Source: a virus (lineage: Duplodnaviria; Caudoviricetes). From it: DNA of 64,000 nucleotides. Below are positions 8,624 to 17,683 of this stretch, in pieces (positions within the stretch are counted from its first letter, which is position 1; each line of letters starts with the position of its first letter). The DNA lies in IMG/VR virus record IMGVR_UViG_2974508059_000001, positions 96,001-160,000 of that record; one strand, 5' to 3'. The translations under genes and the position numbers were made by a program. Under the pieces are notes generated by a model that searched no databases, was not told the DNA's origin, and saw nothing but the letters and a program-made list of their open reading frames with translations.

Positions 8624-9577
8624 ATGCCCATTATTCGACTGTCAGTCGGTGTGCTAAAAACCCAAGAGTTTGCACATCTGGCCGATAACCCCAAACTGTG
8701 GATGCGACTTAAGTCGCACGTTAAAGATGACGACATGCGCGTCTATGCCTTGGTTACCGCCGGTGGCATTCCCCAAGCTTACGCGGTGTGCAGTTACACC
8801 AGTGGGTCTACGTCGCTGCTGTGCAGTTACTTCGAAGACCTTATCCCGGCCAGCATTAACCGTCCGTTCTGGTTGGCGCTACTCGACTACACCGGCTTTG
8901 ACGTTCTGCGTATCGTTGCCCCGAACGACACCATCGGTGAAATCGTTAAGGGTTACGAGTTCAAACTGGTTGAAGAGATGTGGGTCGGTAACGTTACACC
9001 GTACCGTGGCTTCCCGGTCTCGGAGAACATCCACAGTGTCTCTGGTGATGCGTTCTATAAGCTCAGCACCGAAGATGTGGAAGACCTGCACAAACTCATC
9101 TGGGCGGCAACTGTCGCTGAAATTAATACCGATGTCTTGGAACGCCGTCTCACGCAGATGGTGCCCAACGGTATGGATGAAGTGCTGGGACGCACCGGGG
9201 ATTACCACTACGAAGTGTTTGTGCTGCGTGAACCCGAGCTGAAGAATAAAATCATTGGCTTTGCCTACTGCCACAAACTCGAACCGGGTTATATTGCGGT
9301 TGGGGGTCTAGGTGTTGCACAGGAGCACCAGAACAAACGTCACGGGCGTAAGCTTGCGGCGGCGGTATTGGCCCACGCCTCGGGGATGACCGATCAGGTG
9401 TACGCAACGGTGTTGTCGCAGAACCATGCGTCACGTCATCTGTTTGCGGATATCCTAAAGTTCAAACCGGTGATGTCCGTTTACGGCATCAGTCGCAACG
9501 AAGTGGATAAGCCTGTACCGCACGTAACCAAGGTCGCTGCTGAGAAGCGCGCCAAACAGATGCTGGGACTGTTATAG
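8624..9577 (+). CDS. GNAT family acetyltransferase (probably tandem GNAT domains)
   Basis: C-terminal GLGVAQEHQNKRHGRKL...VLSQNHASRHLF GNAT motifs; N-terminal half similar but degenerate. Confidence 0.8.
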   Translation: MPIIRLSVGVLKTQEFAHLADNPKLWMRLKSHVKDDDMRVYALVTAGGIPQAYAVCSYTSGSTSLLCSYFEDLIPASINRPFWLALLDYTGFDVLRIVAPNDTIGEIVKGYEFKLVEEMWVGNVTPYRGFPVSENIHSVSGDAFYKLSTEDVEDLHKLIWAATVAEINTDVLERRLTQMVPNGMDEVLGRTGDYHYEVFVLREPELKNKIIGFAYCHKLEPGYIAVGGLGVAQEHQNKRHGRKLAAAVLAHASGMTDQVYATVLSQNHASRHLFADILKFKPVMSVYGISRNEVDKPVPHVTKVAAEKRAKQMLGLL

Positions 9578-9656
9578 TCCGAAGGCACGGCTAACTATTA
9601 TAAAAGGGTGAGCGACGCTCTGGATAGCTTACAGGGCGTCTGACGAGGTATTTCGG

Positions 9657-10478
9657 ATGAAGCGATCGTTTATAAAATGGATGGGGGGTAAATCCCGTGT
9701 AATGGATGCGCTGAAGCACCATCTTCCCAAGGGGGACGTGTTCATTGAACCGTTCGTTGGCGGTGGGTCCGTGTTTCTGAACACCGACTATCCTGAATAC
9801 ATTTTGGCCGATTCAAATCCTGACCTTATTCAGTTAATGGAAGTTGCCGCATACCAGCCGGCGTTGTTAATTGAGCAAGCGAAGGTGTTGTTCGGCGGTG
9901 GTGAACGTGATGATTACATGGCGCACCGCAAGGCCTTTAATACCCGGGACGGGGAGCCGCACGTCAGGGCTGCCATGTTCCTGTATTTGAATCGCCATGG
10001 TTACAACGGTCTGTGCCGTTACAATAAATCTGGGGGGTATAACGTTCCGTACGGTCGCCACCCCAGTAAGCCGTATCTGCCCGAGAAGGAGATTCTCGAA
10101 TTTGCAGAGAAAGTGAAGAAAGGAAAGGTGACTTTCTTGTGTGCTGACTTTCAGCAGACGGTTGCACTCGCACAACAGCAGAATAAGCGTAAGGTCGTCA
10201 TCTATTGTGATCCGCCTTACGTACCCAGTAGCAAAACATCTTCCTTTGCGCAGTACCACAAAAACGAATTTGGTCAAGCCGAGCACCGTGCATTAGCCAA
10301 CGTGCTGATGGACGCCAGACGCTCGGGGGCCAAAGTGGTATTGTCAAACTCCGATACCGTTCTGACCCGCGATATCTATCACGGCTTTACCTTTCACACG
10401 GTAGAAGTCGGTAGACACATGGCGGCGAAGAAAGAGAAACGGGGTAAAGTAATTGAAGTGATTGCAACGCTATTCTGA
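9657..10478 (+). CDS. dam: DNA adenine methylase (Dam family)
   Basis: KWMGGKS, EPFVGGGSVF, LYLNRHGYNGLCRYN and catalytic DPPY motifs. Confidence 0.95.
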   Translation: MKRSFIKWMGGKSRVMDALKHHLPKGDVFIEPFVGGGSVFLNTDYPEYILADSNPDLIQLMEVAAYQPALLIEQAKVLFGGGERDDYMAHRKAFNTRDGEPHVRAAMFLYLNRHGYNGLCRYNKSGGYNVPYGRHPSKPYLPEKEILEFAEKVKKGKVTFLCADFQQTVALAQQQNKRKVVIYCDPPYVPSSKTSSFAQYHKNEFGQAEHRALANVLMDARRSGAKVVLSNSDTVLTRDIYHGFTFHTVEVGRHMAAKKEKRGKVIEVIATLF

Positions 10479-10487
10479 GAGGTGCCT

Positions 10488-11318
10488 ATGCGAGTTTATG
10501 ATTTACGCGACCAAACCACACACCGTGAGAAGGTGAACTTCAACGGAGCAACGACCATGATAGGCAGTGTCTATCGGGCCGTCCAACACTTACTGGCGGG
10601 CAAGCTGGTGAGTTCGGAAGTGTTCCTTGTGGTCACCCGGGGTAACAACGCACAGATGATGTTCACCTGTGACCGTGATAACCGCTGTCTGTATATCCAC
10701 GGTGTGACACCTTTGGCGGACACGCCTTTTACAAATTGGAAGACACTGCTGAAGCACCTTGAGTGTGAGGTCGTGGATGTGACGTGTAACCCGCACGATT
10801 ATGAACGGCACGACGATTGCAGGAAGATGGGGTTGGTCAATGTCAGTCAGCGCGTCAAGATAGCGGTGGCGCGTCAAGCACCCCTGCCGGAGATGGTGTA
10901 CTGGCGATTGGATGAAATCAACCTCACGCAATCTGTCGAGCTTGGGCGCATTGCGCTGAACCGTTCGGGTAAGTTTGGTCAGTCCCTGCTTGAGGGCTTA
11001 GCCCTTGGCAATACCACCGGCGTTGTGGTACCCAATGATGCAGGCGACATCGTTGGGGCGCTGTTGTATGTTGATGGCGAAAAGGAAATTCAATCGGAGG
11101 GCGTCATCATTAATGCGGCCGCAGGTACCCCTGTGTACGTGCAGTGGTTTATGTTATTGATGAATGCTTTTATACGTGAAGCTAAGCGGTTACGTAAACC
11201 GGCTATCGCCTCCTTTGCTCCGGCAATCGATGTGAAAGTACCGATACCGCATGTTGAGACTACAGTTGTCACCGTCCACTTCGGTTTGGCTGGACGGGAG
11301 GCAGGCGCAGTCTTTTAG
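10488..11318 (+). CDS. hypothetical protein, possibly a degenerate tandem GNAT fold
   Basis: About 276 aa, coupled to dam; VVPNDAGDIVGALLY resembles GNAT beta strands. Confidence 0.65.
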   Translation: MRVYDLRDQTTHREKVNFNGATTMIGSVYRAVQHLLAGKLVSSEVFLVVTRGNNAQMMFTCDRDNRCLYIHGVTPLADTPFTNWKTLLKHLECEVVDVTCNPHDYERHDDCRKMGLVNVSQRVKIAVARQAPLPEMVYWRLDEINLTQSVELGRIALNRSGKFGQSLLEGLALGNTTGVVVPNDAGDIVGALLYVDGEKEIQSEGVIINAAAGTPVYVQWFMLLMNAFIREAKRLRKPAIASFAPAIDVKVPIPHVETTVVTVHFGLAGREAGAVF

Positions 11319-11327
11319 GAGAGACTG

Positions 11328-12065
11328 ATGATTAATGATATCACCGAGCAGGTTCTGCGTGGTGAGGGCATCGACCCTCAGTACGTGGATATGGTCAACG
11401 CGTGGCTCGCGCTGCCCGTTGAGCAGAAGACTGAAAAGCGTGTCTTCATTATCGCCAAAAACCGTTTGATGTTTATGGTTATCGACCGGGAGTTCTTAGT
11501 GGGTACTGTACAACAGTACATTGCCCTTAATGACGGCCCGGCGGATATGACGATGCTACCGGCGTATTTAGGTTTGCGTGAGATTCACCTTTATACCCAA
11601 CAGCCGTCACTCTATGAACCAGACGGATGGCGATTAAGCCGGGTTATCATGACGAAAGAAACCGGGTTCTCTACCTCGTTTCCTGTTTCTGTTGAGACGA
11701 ACGCAGTGCTCAGTGAAAACGAGTTATGGGATTTCTTAGTGCTGATGCGAGAACAAGGTCAGACGGAAGTGCTAAGAATGCTCGGCGAAGGTACGGCGTG
11801 TATCCATGTTTACCGTGATGGGTTAGAACGTGGGTTCATTGTAACAAACGTTGAGGGGCCACTGGGTCTCTTGGCAATGGTAGGCGAAGGTATACCGGCG
11901 TTCGACGCACTTATTCGGGCGTTTGACTATATTGCGGGTCAGCGGGGCTTTGGCACCGTCGCAGGCACTTACGGCAACCCCTTACTGGGTGTCGCTGCAG
12001 AAATTGGGTATGTACCCACACTCACCACTGTCATCCTGACAGACCATTTAACAGAGAAGGAGTAA
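11328..12065 (+). CDS. hypothetical protein, possibly a degenerate GNAT fold
   Basis: 245 aa, AGGAG SD; HVYRDGLERGFIV..LIRAFDYIAGQRGF. Confidence 0.65.
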   Translation: MINDITEQVLRGEGIDPQYVDMVNAWLALPVEQKTEKRVFIIAKNRLMFMVIDREFLVGTVQQYIALNDGPADMTMLPAYLGLREIHLYTQQPSLYEPDGWRLSRVIMTKETGFSTSFPVSVETNAVLSENELWDFLVLMREQGQTEVLRMLGEGTACIHVYRDGLERGFIVTNVEGPLGLLAMVGEGIPAFDALIRAFDYIAGQRGFGTVAGTYGNPLLGVAAEIGYVPTLTTVILTDHLTEKE

Positions 12066-12067
12066 TA

Positions 12068-12346
12068 ATGCAGATCAATCGTCGTTTAGCAAAAAACAAA
12101 GACATCGTTTATGAAGTTAAAGACGGTAACGATGTCGCGTTCCACGGTTTAGTTGACGTCAACACGCGTCGCTTACACATCGTGGTACCCGAAACTGTGA
12201 CACGCGGTATTGAGCGCGCTGTGGTTAAGCTTGTTGCGAAAGCCAAGCATCGGGATGGGATTCTCAGTGAGTACACCACTCACGAGTTTTCTGAGTTTGT
12301 TGAAGAAGGCGGTGAAACGCTGATTAAGCAGGCAGTCGCTGTTTAA
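12068..12346 (+). CDS. hypothetical protein
   Basis: 92 aa, AAGGAG SD. Confidence 0.7.
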   Translation: MQINRRLAKNKDIVYEVKDGNDVAFHGLVDVNTRRLHIVVPETVTRGIERAVVKLVAKAKHRDGILSEYTTHEFSEFVEEGGETLIKQAVAV

Positions 12347-12379
12347 TTGTATGACCCTACAACTGTTCGAGGTTAGACC

Positions 12380-12838
12380 ATGAAAGTAATCGAACTTGAG
12401 CAGCTGCCACAGCATGACTTCGACCAAGGCCTCCGTGACCAAACGGGCGTCACTGGCGAACAATTCTGTTCGACCTATAACGAAGTCATCACCGGTGAAC
12501 CTCTGGACGACGAGCACATGTCGCGTTTTGAGAAATCACTGGTGGGGGCGCTGAACGAGCGTGCGGGTGCGGTTGCACTTCTGCACGAACTGGCCTTTTC
12601 GGATATCGATCCGTATAACGCAAGGCTGATTCTGGAAAAGGGTGTTGTCCCCGCGGATGAGATTCTTGACAAGGCAGCGGTATTGCGGGCCAACATCGAC
12701 GAGCTTATCGAGGACTATCTGCCTCAGTTAGCCGAGCTCGAGGTTACTGGCGAAGGCGACAATGTCCGTCAACGCTTAGCCCGTTATGTCATCGCATCGA
12801 TTCTGTTTGACGATCGCGAAGAAGAAAACGGCGACTGA
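12380..12838 (+). CDS. hypothetical acidic protein
   Basis: 152 aa, GAGG SD, ends at a terminator. Confidence 0.7.
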   Translation: MKVIELEQLPQHDFDQGLRDQTGVTGEQFCSTYNEVITGEPLDDEHMSRFEKSLVGALNERAGAVALLHELAFSDIDPYNARLILEKGVVPADEILDKAAVLRANIDELIEDYLPQLAELEVTGEGDNVRQRLARYVIASILFDDREEENGD

Positions 12839-12843
12839 GAATG

Positions 12844-12878
12844 ACCCCTTACCGCAAGGTAGGGGGTTTTCTTTTTTT
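12844..12878 (+). terminator. Rho-independent terminator
   Basis: ACCCCTTACC-GCAA-GGTAGGGGGT plus T tract. Confidence 0.8.
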
Positions 12879-12901
12879 ACACTGCACGTCCTCTTTATGT
12901 A
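12875..12901 (+). promoter_or_regulatory. putative middle/late promoter TTAC-N15-TATG
   Basis: TTTTACACT-N12-TATGTA as at 8567. Confidence 0.5.
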
Positions 12902-12928
12902 CAACAACTGAAACGGAGTAATAACCCC

Positions 12929-13255
12929 ATGTGGTTAAGCGCTATCAATCGTGACCTCACGAAATATAAGAACACCACCCTGTCTTCAACTGGCGACCAG
13001 GGTCAAGAAATCGAAGTTGGTCTGGGCTACGTCACTGGGATGGAAGAAGGCCAGTATGTGGTAGAAGACGACCAGCAGAACGAGTTTTTGCTGTTCCACC
13101 CTGAGGTGGACGTCTCTGAGATTAAGCCTCCGTGTGCGGTTGCGTCGTGGCAAGACCCGTCGAACAACGAATGGATGTGGGCGGTTGCAGAAGTCACCAG
13201 TCCGTCAACCTTCAAAATCGTGGGCAAGCACCATGTCGAACCTGAACCGCATTGA
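12929..13255 (+). CDS. hypothetical protein
   Basis: 108 aa, GGAG SD. Confidence 0.65.
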   Translation: MWLSAINRDLTKYKNTTLSSTGDQGQEIEVGLGYVTGMEEGQYVVEDDQQNEFLLFHPEVDVSEIKPPCAVASWQDPSNNEWMWAVAEVTSPSTFKIVGKHHVEPEPH

Positions 13256-13559
13256 GTTAGGGGCCGACTGCGATGCAACGCTTCGTGCACGTGTCGCAGC
13301 GTTTGGTCCGCCGTTAGGGCAATCGCTTGAGTGTCGTGGCTTCTACGCGGAGTGCATTGATTTTGACCGGGAGAACGTAACGTTCCGCCCGCGTGACAGC
13401 GGGGATGAGTTTACCCTGCCAACGTCGGTGTTCGCGTATATCCCCTGTGTTGGGGCCGTGACGTATATCGACCGGGTGCATCATCGGGTGCTGATTCATA
13501 TCCCGGACAGTCCGTCCATCGTCGATGGCATCTCCGGCTTTTCTCGCGAACGCACATAA
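13233..13559 (+). CDS. hypothetical protein
   Basis: Start moved to MSNLNRIELG; overlaps the upstream gene and ends at a terminator. Confidence 0.6.
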   Translation: MSNLNRIELGADCDATLRARVAAFGPPLGQSLECRGFYAECIDFDRENVTFRPRDSGDEFTLPTSVFAYIPCVGAVTYIDRVHHRVLIHIPDSPSIVDGISGFSRERT

Positions 13560-13562
13560 CCT

Positions 13563-13598
13563 GACTCCCTACCCGCAAAGGTAGGGAGTCTGTATTTC
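13563..13598 (+). terminator. Rho-independent terminator
   Basis: GACTCCCTACC..GGTAGGGAGTC stem. Confidence 0.7.
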
Positions 13599-13599
13599 A

Positions 13600-13625
13600 T
13601 TTCAGATAGATATTATTTTCACGAA
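13600..13625 (+). promoter_or_regulatory. putative phage early promoter
   Basis: TTTCAGATAGATATTATTTTCACGAA. Confidence 0.6.
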
Positions 13626-13652
13626 CCCATCCTTTCACTCTCAGGAGTCAGC

Positions 13653-13916
13653 ATGTTTACTCGTTACAATGTCGTGGGCAAGAAAGGCTCACACCTTAAA
13701 CTCGAAGAACGCTTAGGCGTTACTGAGAAACCGCGCGAATTAAAGACGCGGGAAATTGATATCCCCAACCACGCCTACAGCAAAGTGGCACTGGGTGATG
13801 TACTGGCACTTCCAACCGAACTCGACACCGGTTCTGAGGTGTGGGCAACCGCTGATATTCAGCACAGTCCCCACGCCATGACCCGTCAGTTCCCATTAAT
13901 GCGTCGGGGTATGTAA
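13653..13916 (+). CDS. hypothetical protein
   Basis: 87 aa, AGGAG SD. Confidence 0.7.
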   Translation: MFTRYNVVGKKGSHLKLEERLGVTEKPRELKTREIDIPNHAYSKVALGDVLALPTELDTGSEVWATADIQHSPHAMTRQFPLMRRGM

Positions 13917-14386
13917 TGGACTTTGCAGTTGTTAGTACCGACACTATCGTTCGGATGAAGAAAGCTGCAGCCATTACGTTGGCGACTGAACGACTCATCG
14001 ACAAGAACATCGCTGCGCACTGTGAACTGTTAAACAAAGTTTCAGGTGTGGCGACCGTCTACTCCTGCGAGGGCCATCTAACCCAAGAAGACGGCTTGCC
14101 ACGCCGGCCGTATATCATGATGGCCTGCACCCGTCAGGGTTTGCCTTTCGTGGAAGCTTTAATGAAAGCCGCGCTGGACGACCCTACCTACGCGGTCTGT
14201 CGTTGTGAAGTGACTTTGGCGGAACTGCCGTGGGTTGAAAACAGTCAGGGGTACGAGTATGAACCCCAAGACTTTTACTACGCGTGGATACTGCGGGGTG
14301 ACACGTCAGACCACCACATGTTAATGAGTCAGATTCGCGAGCACTGGCTTGTTGCCATTAACAACACCATCAAACAATTTTCATAA
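13916..14386 (+). CDS. hypothetical protein with ID..I....LN....VAT..SC.GH motif (TYW3/Taw3-like N-terminus)
   Basis: IDKNIAAHCELLNKVSGVATVYSCEGH; paralog of the next gene. Confidence 0.7.
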   Translation: MDFAVVSTDTIVRMKKAAAITLATERLIDKNIAAHCELLNKVSGVATVYSCEGHLTQEDGLPRRPYIMMACTRQGLPFVEALMKAALDDPTYAVCRCEVTLAELPWVENSQGYEYEPQDFYYAWILRGDTSDHHMLMSQIREHWLVAINNTIKQFS

Positions 14387-14395
14387 GGACCGACG

Positions 14396-14848
14396 ATGTT
14401 TGCCAATACCACAGTCAGTGATGAGATGCTGGCCTTCTTCTCTTCCCGCACACAAGCGCAGTTAACGACCGGTGGTGTCATTGATATCCCGATGGTGCCT
14501 GTGATTGAAAGTCTTAACCAGTTACCACATGTCGCCACTGTGCTCTGCTGTGGCGGGCACATCCGTGTGGAGAATGGCAAACGGCGTACACGAACGCCCC
14601 ACCACGTTATGCTCGTGGTGGATGCAGTGGGTTATGCAACCTTAGAGCGCATTTACCGTCTCTGGCAGGAGACCGAATACGCAGACAATATCCATCTCTG
14701 TGTCTCCCGGTTATTGCACATGCGGGAAAGTGGCTTTAAAGGGTATTACCCAGTGTGGAAGTTTCAACTTAACCTGCGCCCTGAACCTGAAGTTATTGAG
14801 GGAATGTGCAAGGCGTGGGTGCGTATCGCTAATGCCTGTAAGGAATAA
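14396..14848 (+). CDS. hypothetical protein, paralog of 13916-14386
   Basis: IDIPMVPVIESLNQLPHVATVLCCGGH. Confidence 0.7.
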   Translation: MFANTTVSDEMLAFFSSRTQAQLTTGGVIDIPMVPVIESLNQLPHVATVLCCGGHIRVENGKRRTRTPHHVMLVVDAVGYATLERIYRLWQETEYADNIHLCVSRLLHMRESGFKGYYPVWKFQLNLRPEPEVIEGMCKAWVRIANACKE

Positions 14849-14859
14849 TCCTCTGTATT

Positions 14860-14890
14860 GCTAGCCTCTGGGGCTAGCTTTCTTCTTTTT
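14860..14890 (+). terminator. Rho-independent terminator
   Basis: GCTAGCC..GGCTAGC plus TTTCTTCTTTT. Confidence 0.7.
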
Positions 14891-14956
14891 ATTCGCAAAA
14901 ATAATAGTCCCGTTTTTCACGTATTAGACGTTTCTAATGTAAGGAGAATATACGCA

Positions 14957-15580
14957 ATGGCAACCCCAAAGAAACGTAATAAAAAGTACAACCGTGTGAA
15001 GTCCATGGACAACATCGCACTCAGCGCTGCACAGAACGCCCTGAACCGTATCGCCTTCGTGGGCAGCTCTATCCGACCGCTTGCCCCTTATGGCGGGCGG
15101 TCTTTTCAATTAACATCAACCGGCAACATGCGCATCGCCGTGGCTGAGATTCTGACTTCGTCGCTGTTCGAAGAAGCACGGGATTGGCGGGCATGGATTC
15201 TGCATCTGTATCAGGACGGTGAAGCGATTACTGCTGAGAGCATGCGCTTGCTGCTGCCGGAATACACGTTGGCGGACTTCACTGAGCACGCTGACTTCCT
15301 TATCGAACAAACCCGCGATAAAGAACAGGTGCACTACGGCTATGCCGTCTTTGCCTCCCCGACCGACAAGTTCGATTTGGACGCCATGGATGAAGGCCTC
15401 ACGGAGAACTTCATGCACTCCGGTATCCTCGACAAGTCTCAGCACTTAACGCCTGAAGAGCACAAGGTGGATAAGGCTTTGATGCTGGCAAAGATTGTGG
15501 GTTATCAGACCAAGTTTGATCTCACCCGCAAGCACAAAGTGGAAGTGTCCGAAAGCTACGTTAAAACCCACGAAGAATAA
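14957..15580 (+). CDS. hypothetical protein with basic N-terminus
   Basis: Start moved to MATPKKRNKKYNR after AAGGAG. Confidence 0.75.
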   Translation: MATPKKRNKKYNRVKSMDNIALSAAQNALNRIAFVGSSIRPLAPYGGRSFQLTSTGNMRIAVAEILTSSLFEEARDWRAWILHLYQDGEAITAESMRLLLPEYTLADFTEHADFLIEQTRDKEQVHYGYAVFASPTDKFDLDAMDEGLTENFMHSGILDKSQHLTPEEHKVDKALMLAKIVGYQTKFDLTRKHKVEVSESYVKTHEE

Positions 15581-15621
15581 CGGTTCGTATTACAACTCAA
15601 TTACCCACAAGGATTAATCTC

Positions 15622-16059
15622 ATGGTCGCGAAAATTAAAGTAATCAAAACTGAAGAAGTAAAACATATCGCCAACGGTATTCTGTTGGAGCGTCCGCTGT
15701 CGGACTTCGCTAATCCCGACGATCTTCAATCCGCGTTCCGTCGTCTGGTGCGGGGGCTGCTCTACTGCGAAAAAGGTGTGCCGGATACCTCTGGCATGAA
15801 CGCCTTTGATGCACTGTTTCGAGTGAAAACCATCGAGCCCGATCGCGTCTGTGGTTCCATCGTTGATGCCACGGTCGACGTGGTGGATAACAAGGTTGTG
15901 GTGCGGGGTACCTTTGTCCCGGCCGGGCCATTGAAAGAGATGGCAAAGGTCGCGATGGATATCCTCGATGAGCTGCCACTGGTTCCGCGCTACGTGTTGA
16001 ACTACGACGGCAAAATTGCATCGGTTGAGACGTGGGACCTGCTGGACCTGCAGGGATGA
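15622..16059 (+). CDS. hypothetical protein
   Basis: 145 aa, AAGGA SD. Confidence 0.7.
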   Translation: MVAKIKVIKTEEVKHIANGILLERPLSDFANPDDLQSAFRRLVRGLLYCEKGVPDTSGMNAFDALFRVKTIEPDRVCGSIVDATVDVVDNKVVVRGTFVPAGPLKEMAKVAMDILDELPLVPRYVLNYDGKIASVETWDLLDLQG

Positions 16060-16259
16060 ATCCGCTTCAAATCTGGGGCGTAGTTGTCTACGCCATCTTC
16101 TCCTTTGTGATGGCGCTCGCACTGATGTCGCTTGCGCCACGCTATAAGCCGGGAAGACTACTCCCGATTGTTCTCTTCTACCTCGCCGTGATTGCTGTAT
16201 TAACTGCCGGCGGGTATCTTTTTGGTTGGTACGTCTTAAGTGGATTAAAGGTGGATTAA
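16056..16259 (+). CDS. small membrane protein (2 predicted TM helices)
   Basis: MNPLQIWGVVVYAIFSFVMALALMSLA..LLPIVLFYLAVIAVLTAGGYLFGW; ATGA overlap with the upstream gene. Confidence 0.65.
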   Translation: MNPLQIWGVVVYAIFSFVMALALMSLAPRYKPGRLLPIVLFYLAVIAVLTAGGYLFGWYVLSGLKVD

Positions 16260-17245
16260 TGCCGACGTATATTGCATTAACTGGCGGGTTGGATTCAACG
16301 TGGTGTTTGGTCAACGGTAAGAAGGCTGGAAACAGTCTGGAGCCTGTGGTGTTTAACATGGGCAACGGCATCAACGCGGTTATCATTGAGTATCTGTTGG
16401 GTCGTGAAATGGTACGTCGTCTCTGGAAGGATAAAAAAGGTGACGTGATGCCCCACCATGCGTGGGGTAAGCAAAAGCTCGGCGGGTACATTTTCACTAA
16501 CAACAATACGCCGACCATGCGCATGATTCAACAGGGGCGGGTGGTCAATGGTCTGGCACGGGTTGCCTGCGATGATAGCCGTATACGTGACCCGATTCAT
16601 TGTATCGTTGGCTGGCATCGGGATGACGCGTTCGAGAACAACGGTGAGTACGGTGATTGGTCACTGGACGACTACAGTAAGCTCAAGCAGTTGTTTGAAT
16701 TGCAATGCTACTTTGCAGACACGGGTCGCCGTATTCAGCCGCTGGCCACCCCGGCGTGGGATAAGCCGAAGATTGACATGTGGAGCGAGTTACCGGACGA
16801 CCTTCGCCCACTGGTCACGGTTCACTGGCATAACGCGTTAAGCATTGTCTATTCGGACAAACGCAAGGAGTTGCTGATTTGTGCCCAGCCGACGTATTTC
16901 TCACACAAGGTTAATGAGTACATCGCGTTGGGTATTGACCCAACCGCCGCGTGGATAATCAAAGCGGATAACAACCTTCTGCGTGAACTTGCTGCCCCGC
17001 TGTTTAAAGAGGATGTGTTACCGCTGGCTGTCAAGCACATGCTGAATGAAGTACCGGCGGGTGCTATCGCGAATATGGAAAAAGTCCATATCAGCGACAA
17101 CATCACTATCAACCAAACTTACCCACACACCCGCTGGAGCGTCGAAGGTGAATCAATCTTACGTGAGTTTAAAGAAGACATGGAAGCGGCTTATGACGCT
17201 GCTCTTCAAAAAGAAAAAGCCACAACAGCCCAAGCGGACGCTTGA
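16259..17245 (+). CDS. PP-loop (QueC/AANH-like) ATP pyrophosphatase family protein
   Basis: N-terminal IALTGGLDST PP-loop; VGWHRDD and TPAWDKPKIDM recall QueC G....D and P....K..I motifs. Confidence 0.7.
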   Translation: MPTYIALTGGLDSTWCLVNGKKAGNSLEPVVFNMGNGINAVIIEYLLGREMVRRLWKDKKGDVMPHHAWGKQKLGGYIFTNNNTPTMRMIQQGRVVNGLARVACDDSRIRDPIHCIVGWHRDDAFENNGEYGDWSLDDYSKLKQLFELQCYFADTGRRIQPLATPAWDKPKIDMWSELPDDLRPLVTVHWHNALSIVYSDKRKELLICAQPTYFSHKVNEYIALGIDPTAAWIIKADNNLLRELAAPLFKEDVLPLAVKHMLNEVPAGAIANMEKVHISDNITINQTYPHTRWSVEGESILREFKEDMEAAYDAALQKEKATTAQADA

Positions 17246-17681
17246 TGATATCGTTCGTGAGTTGTTCGATTCCGAAGACCGGGACATCCCGGCTTTTGCT
17301 TCCGCCATGGGCATGTCCGTGCCTGATTTGTACTTTGCCGTGAAAGACCCACATCTACGTGGGAACATCAAAGGCTTTGCAGGGCAGGAAGCAAAAATCA
17401 TTATCAACGAACGGAACGATCGCCTCATCTTTGGTCGCAACGCCGTCCTCGTCAGCATGCCCGATCGGGGCAACTTGCGTTTCGAGAACCTCGAAGAGGG
17501 GATTGACCACCTTCGCCGCATGGCAAAACCGGACACACCGATTAAGATGTTCCCACACGATGTCAAAGAGCACACTGTGATGTTCTCGCTGACTGACGTG
17601 AAGGGCGACGCGGCTTTGGGCGTAATCTCGCAGCTCTCTAAAGCGCAGTTCGAGAAAATACTGGAAAGGTTCAAGGGGTAG
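17193..17681 (+). CDS. hypothetical protein
   Basis: Start moved to MTLLFKKKK; coupled to hslU. Confidence 0.65.
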   Translation: MTLLFKKKKPQQPKRTLDDIVRELFDSEDRDIPAFASAMGMSVPDLYFAVKDPHLRGNIKGFAGQEAKIIINERNDRLIFGRNAVLVSMPDRGNLRFENLEEGIDHLRRMAKPDTPIKMFPHDVKEHTVMFSLTDVKGDAALGVISQLSKAQFEKILERFKG

Positions 17682-17683
17682 CA

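Noticed and set aside
15601-16524. 307-aa minus-strand ORF
   Set aside because: It is antisense to three well-supported plus-strand genes, with no motif or SD.
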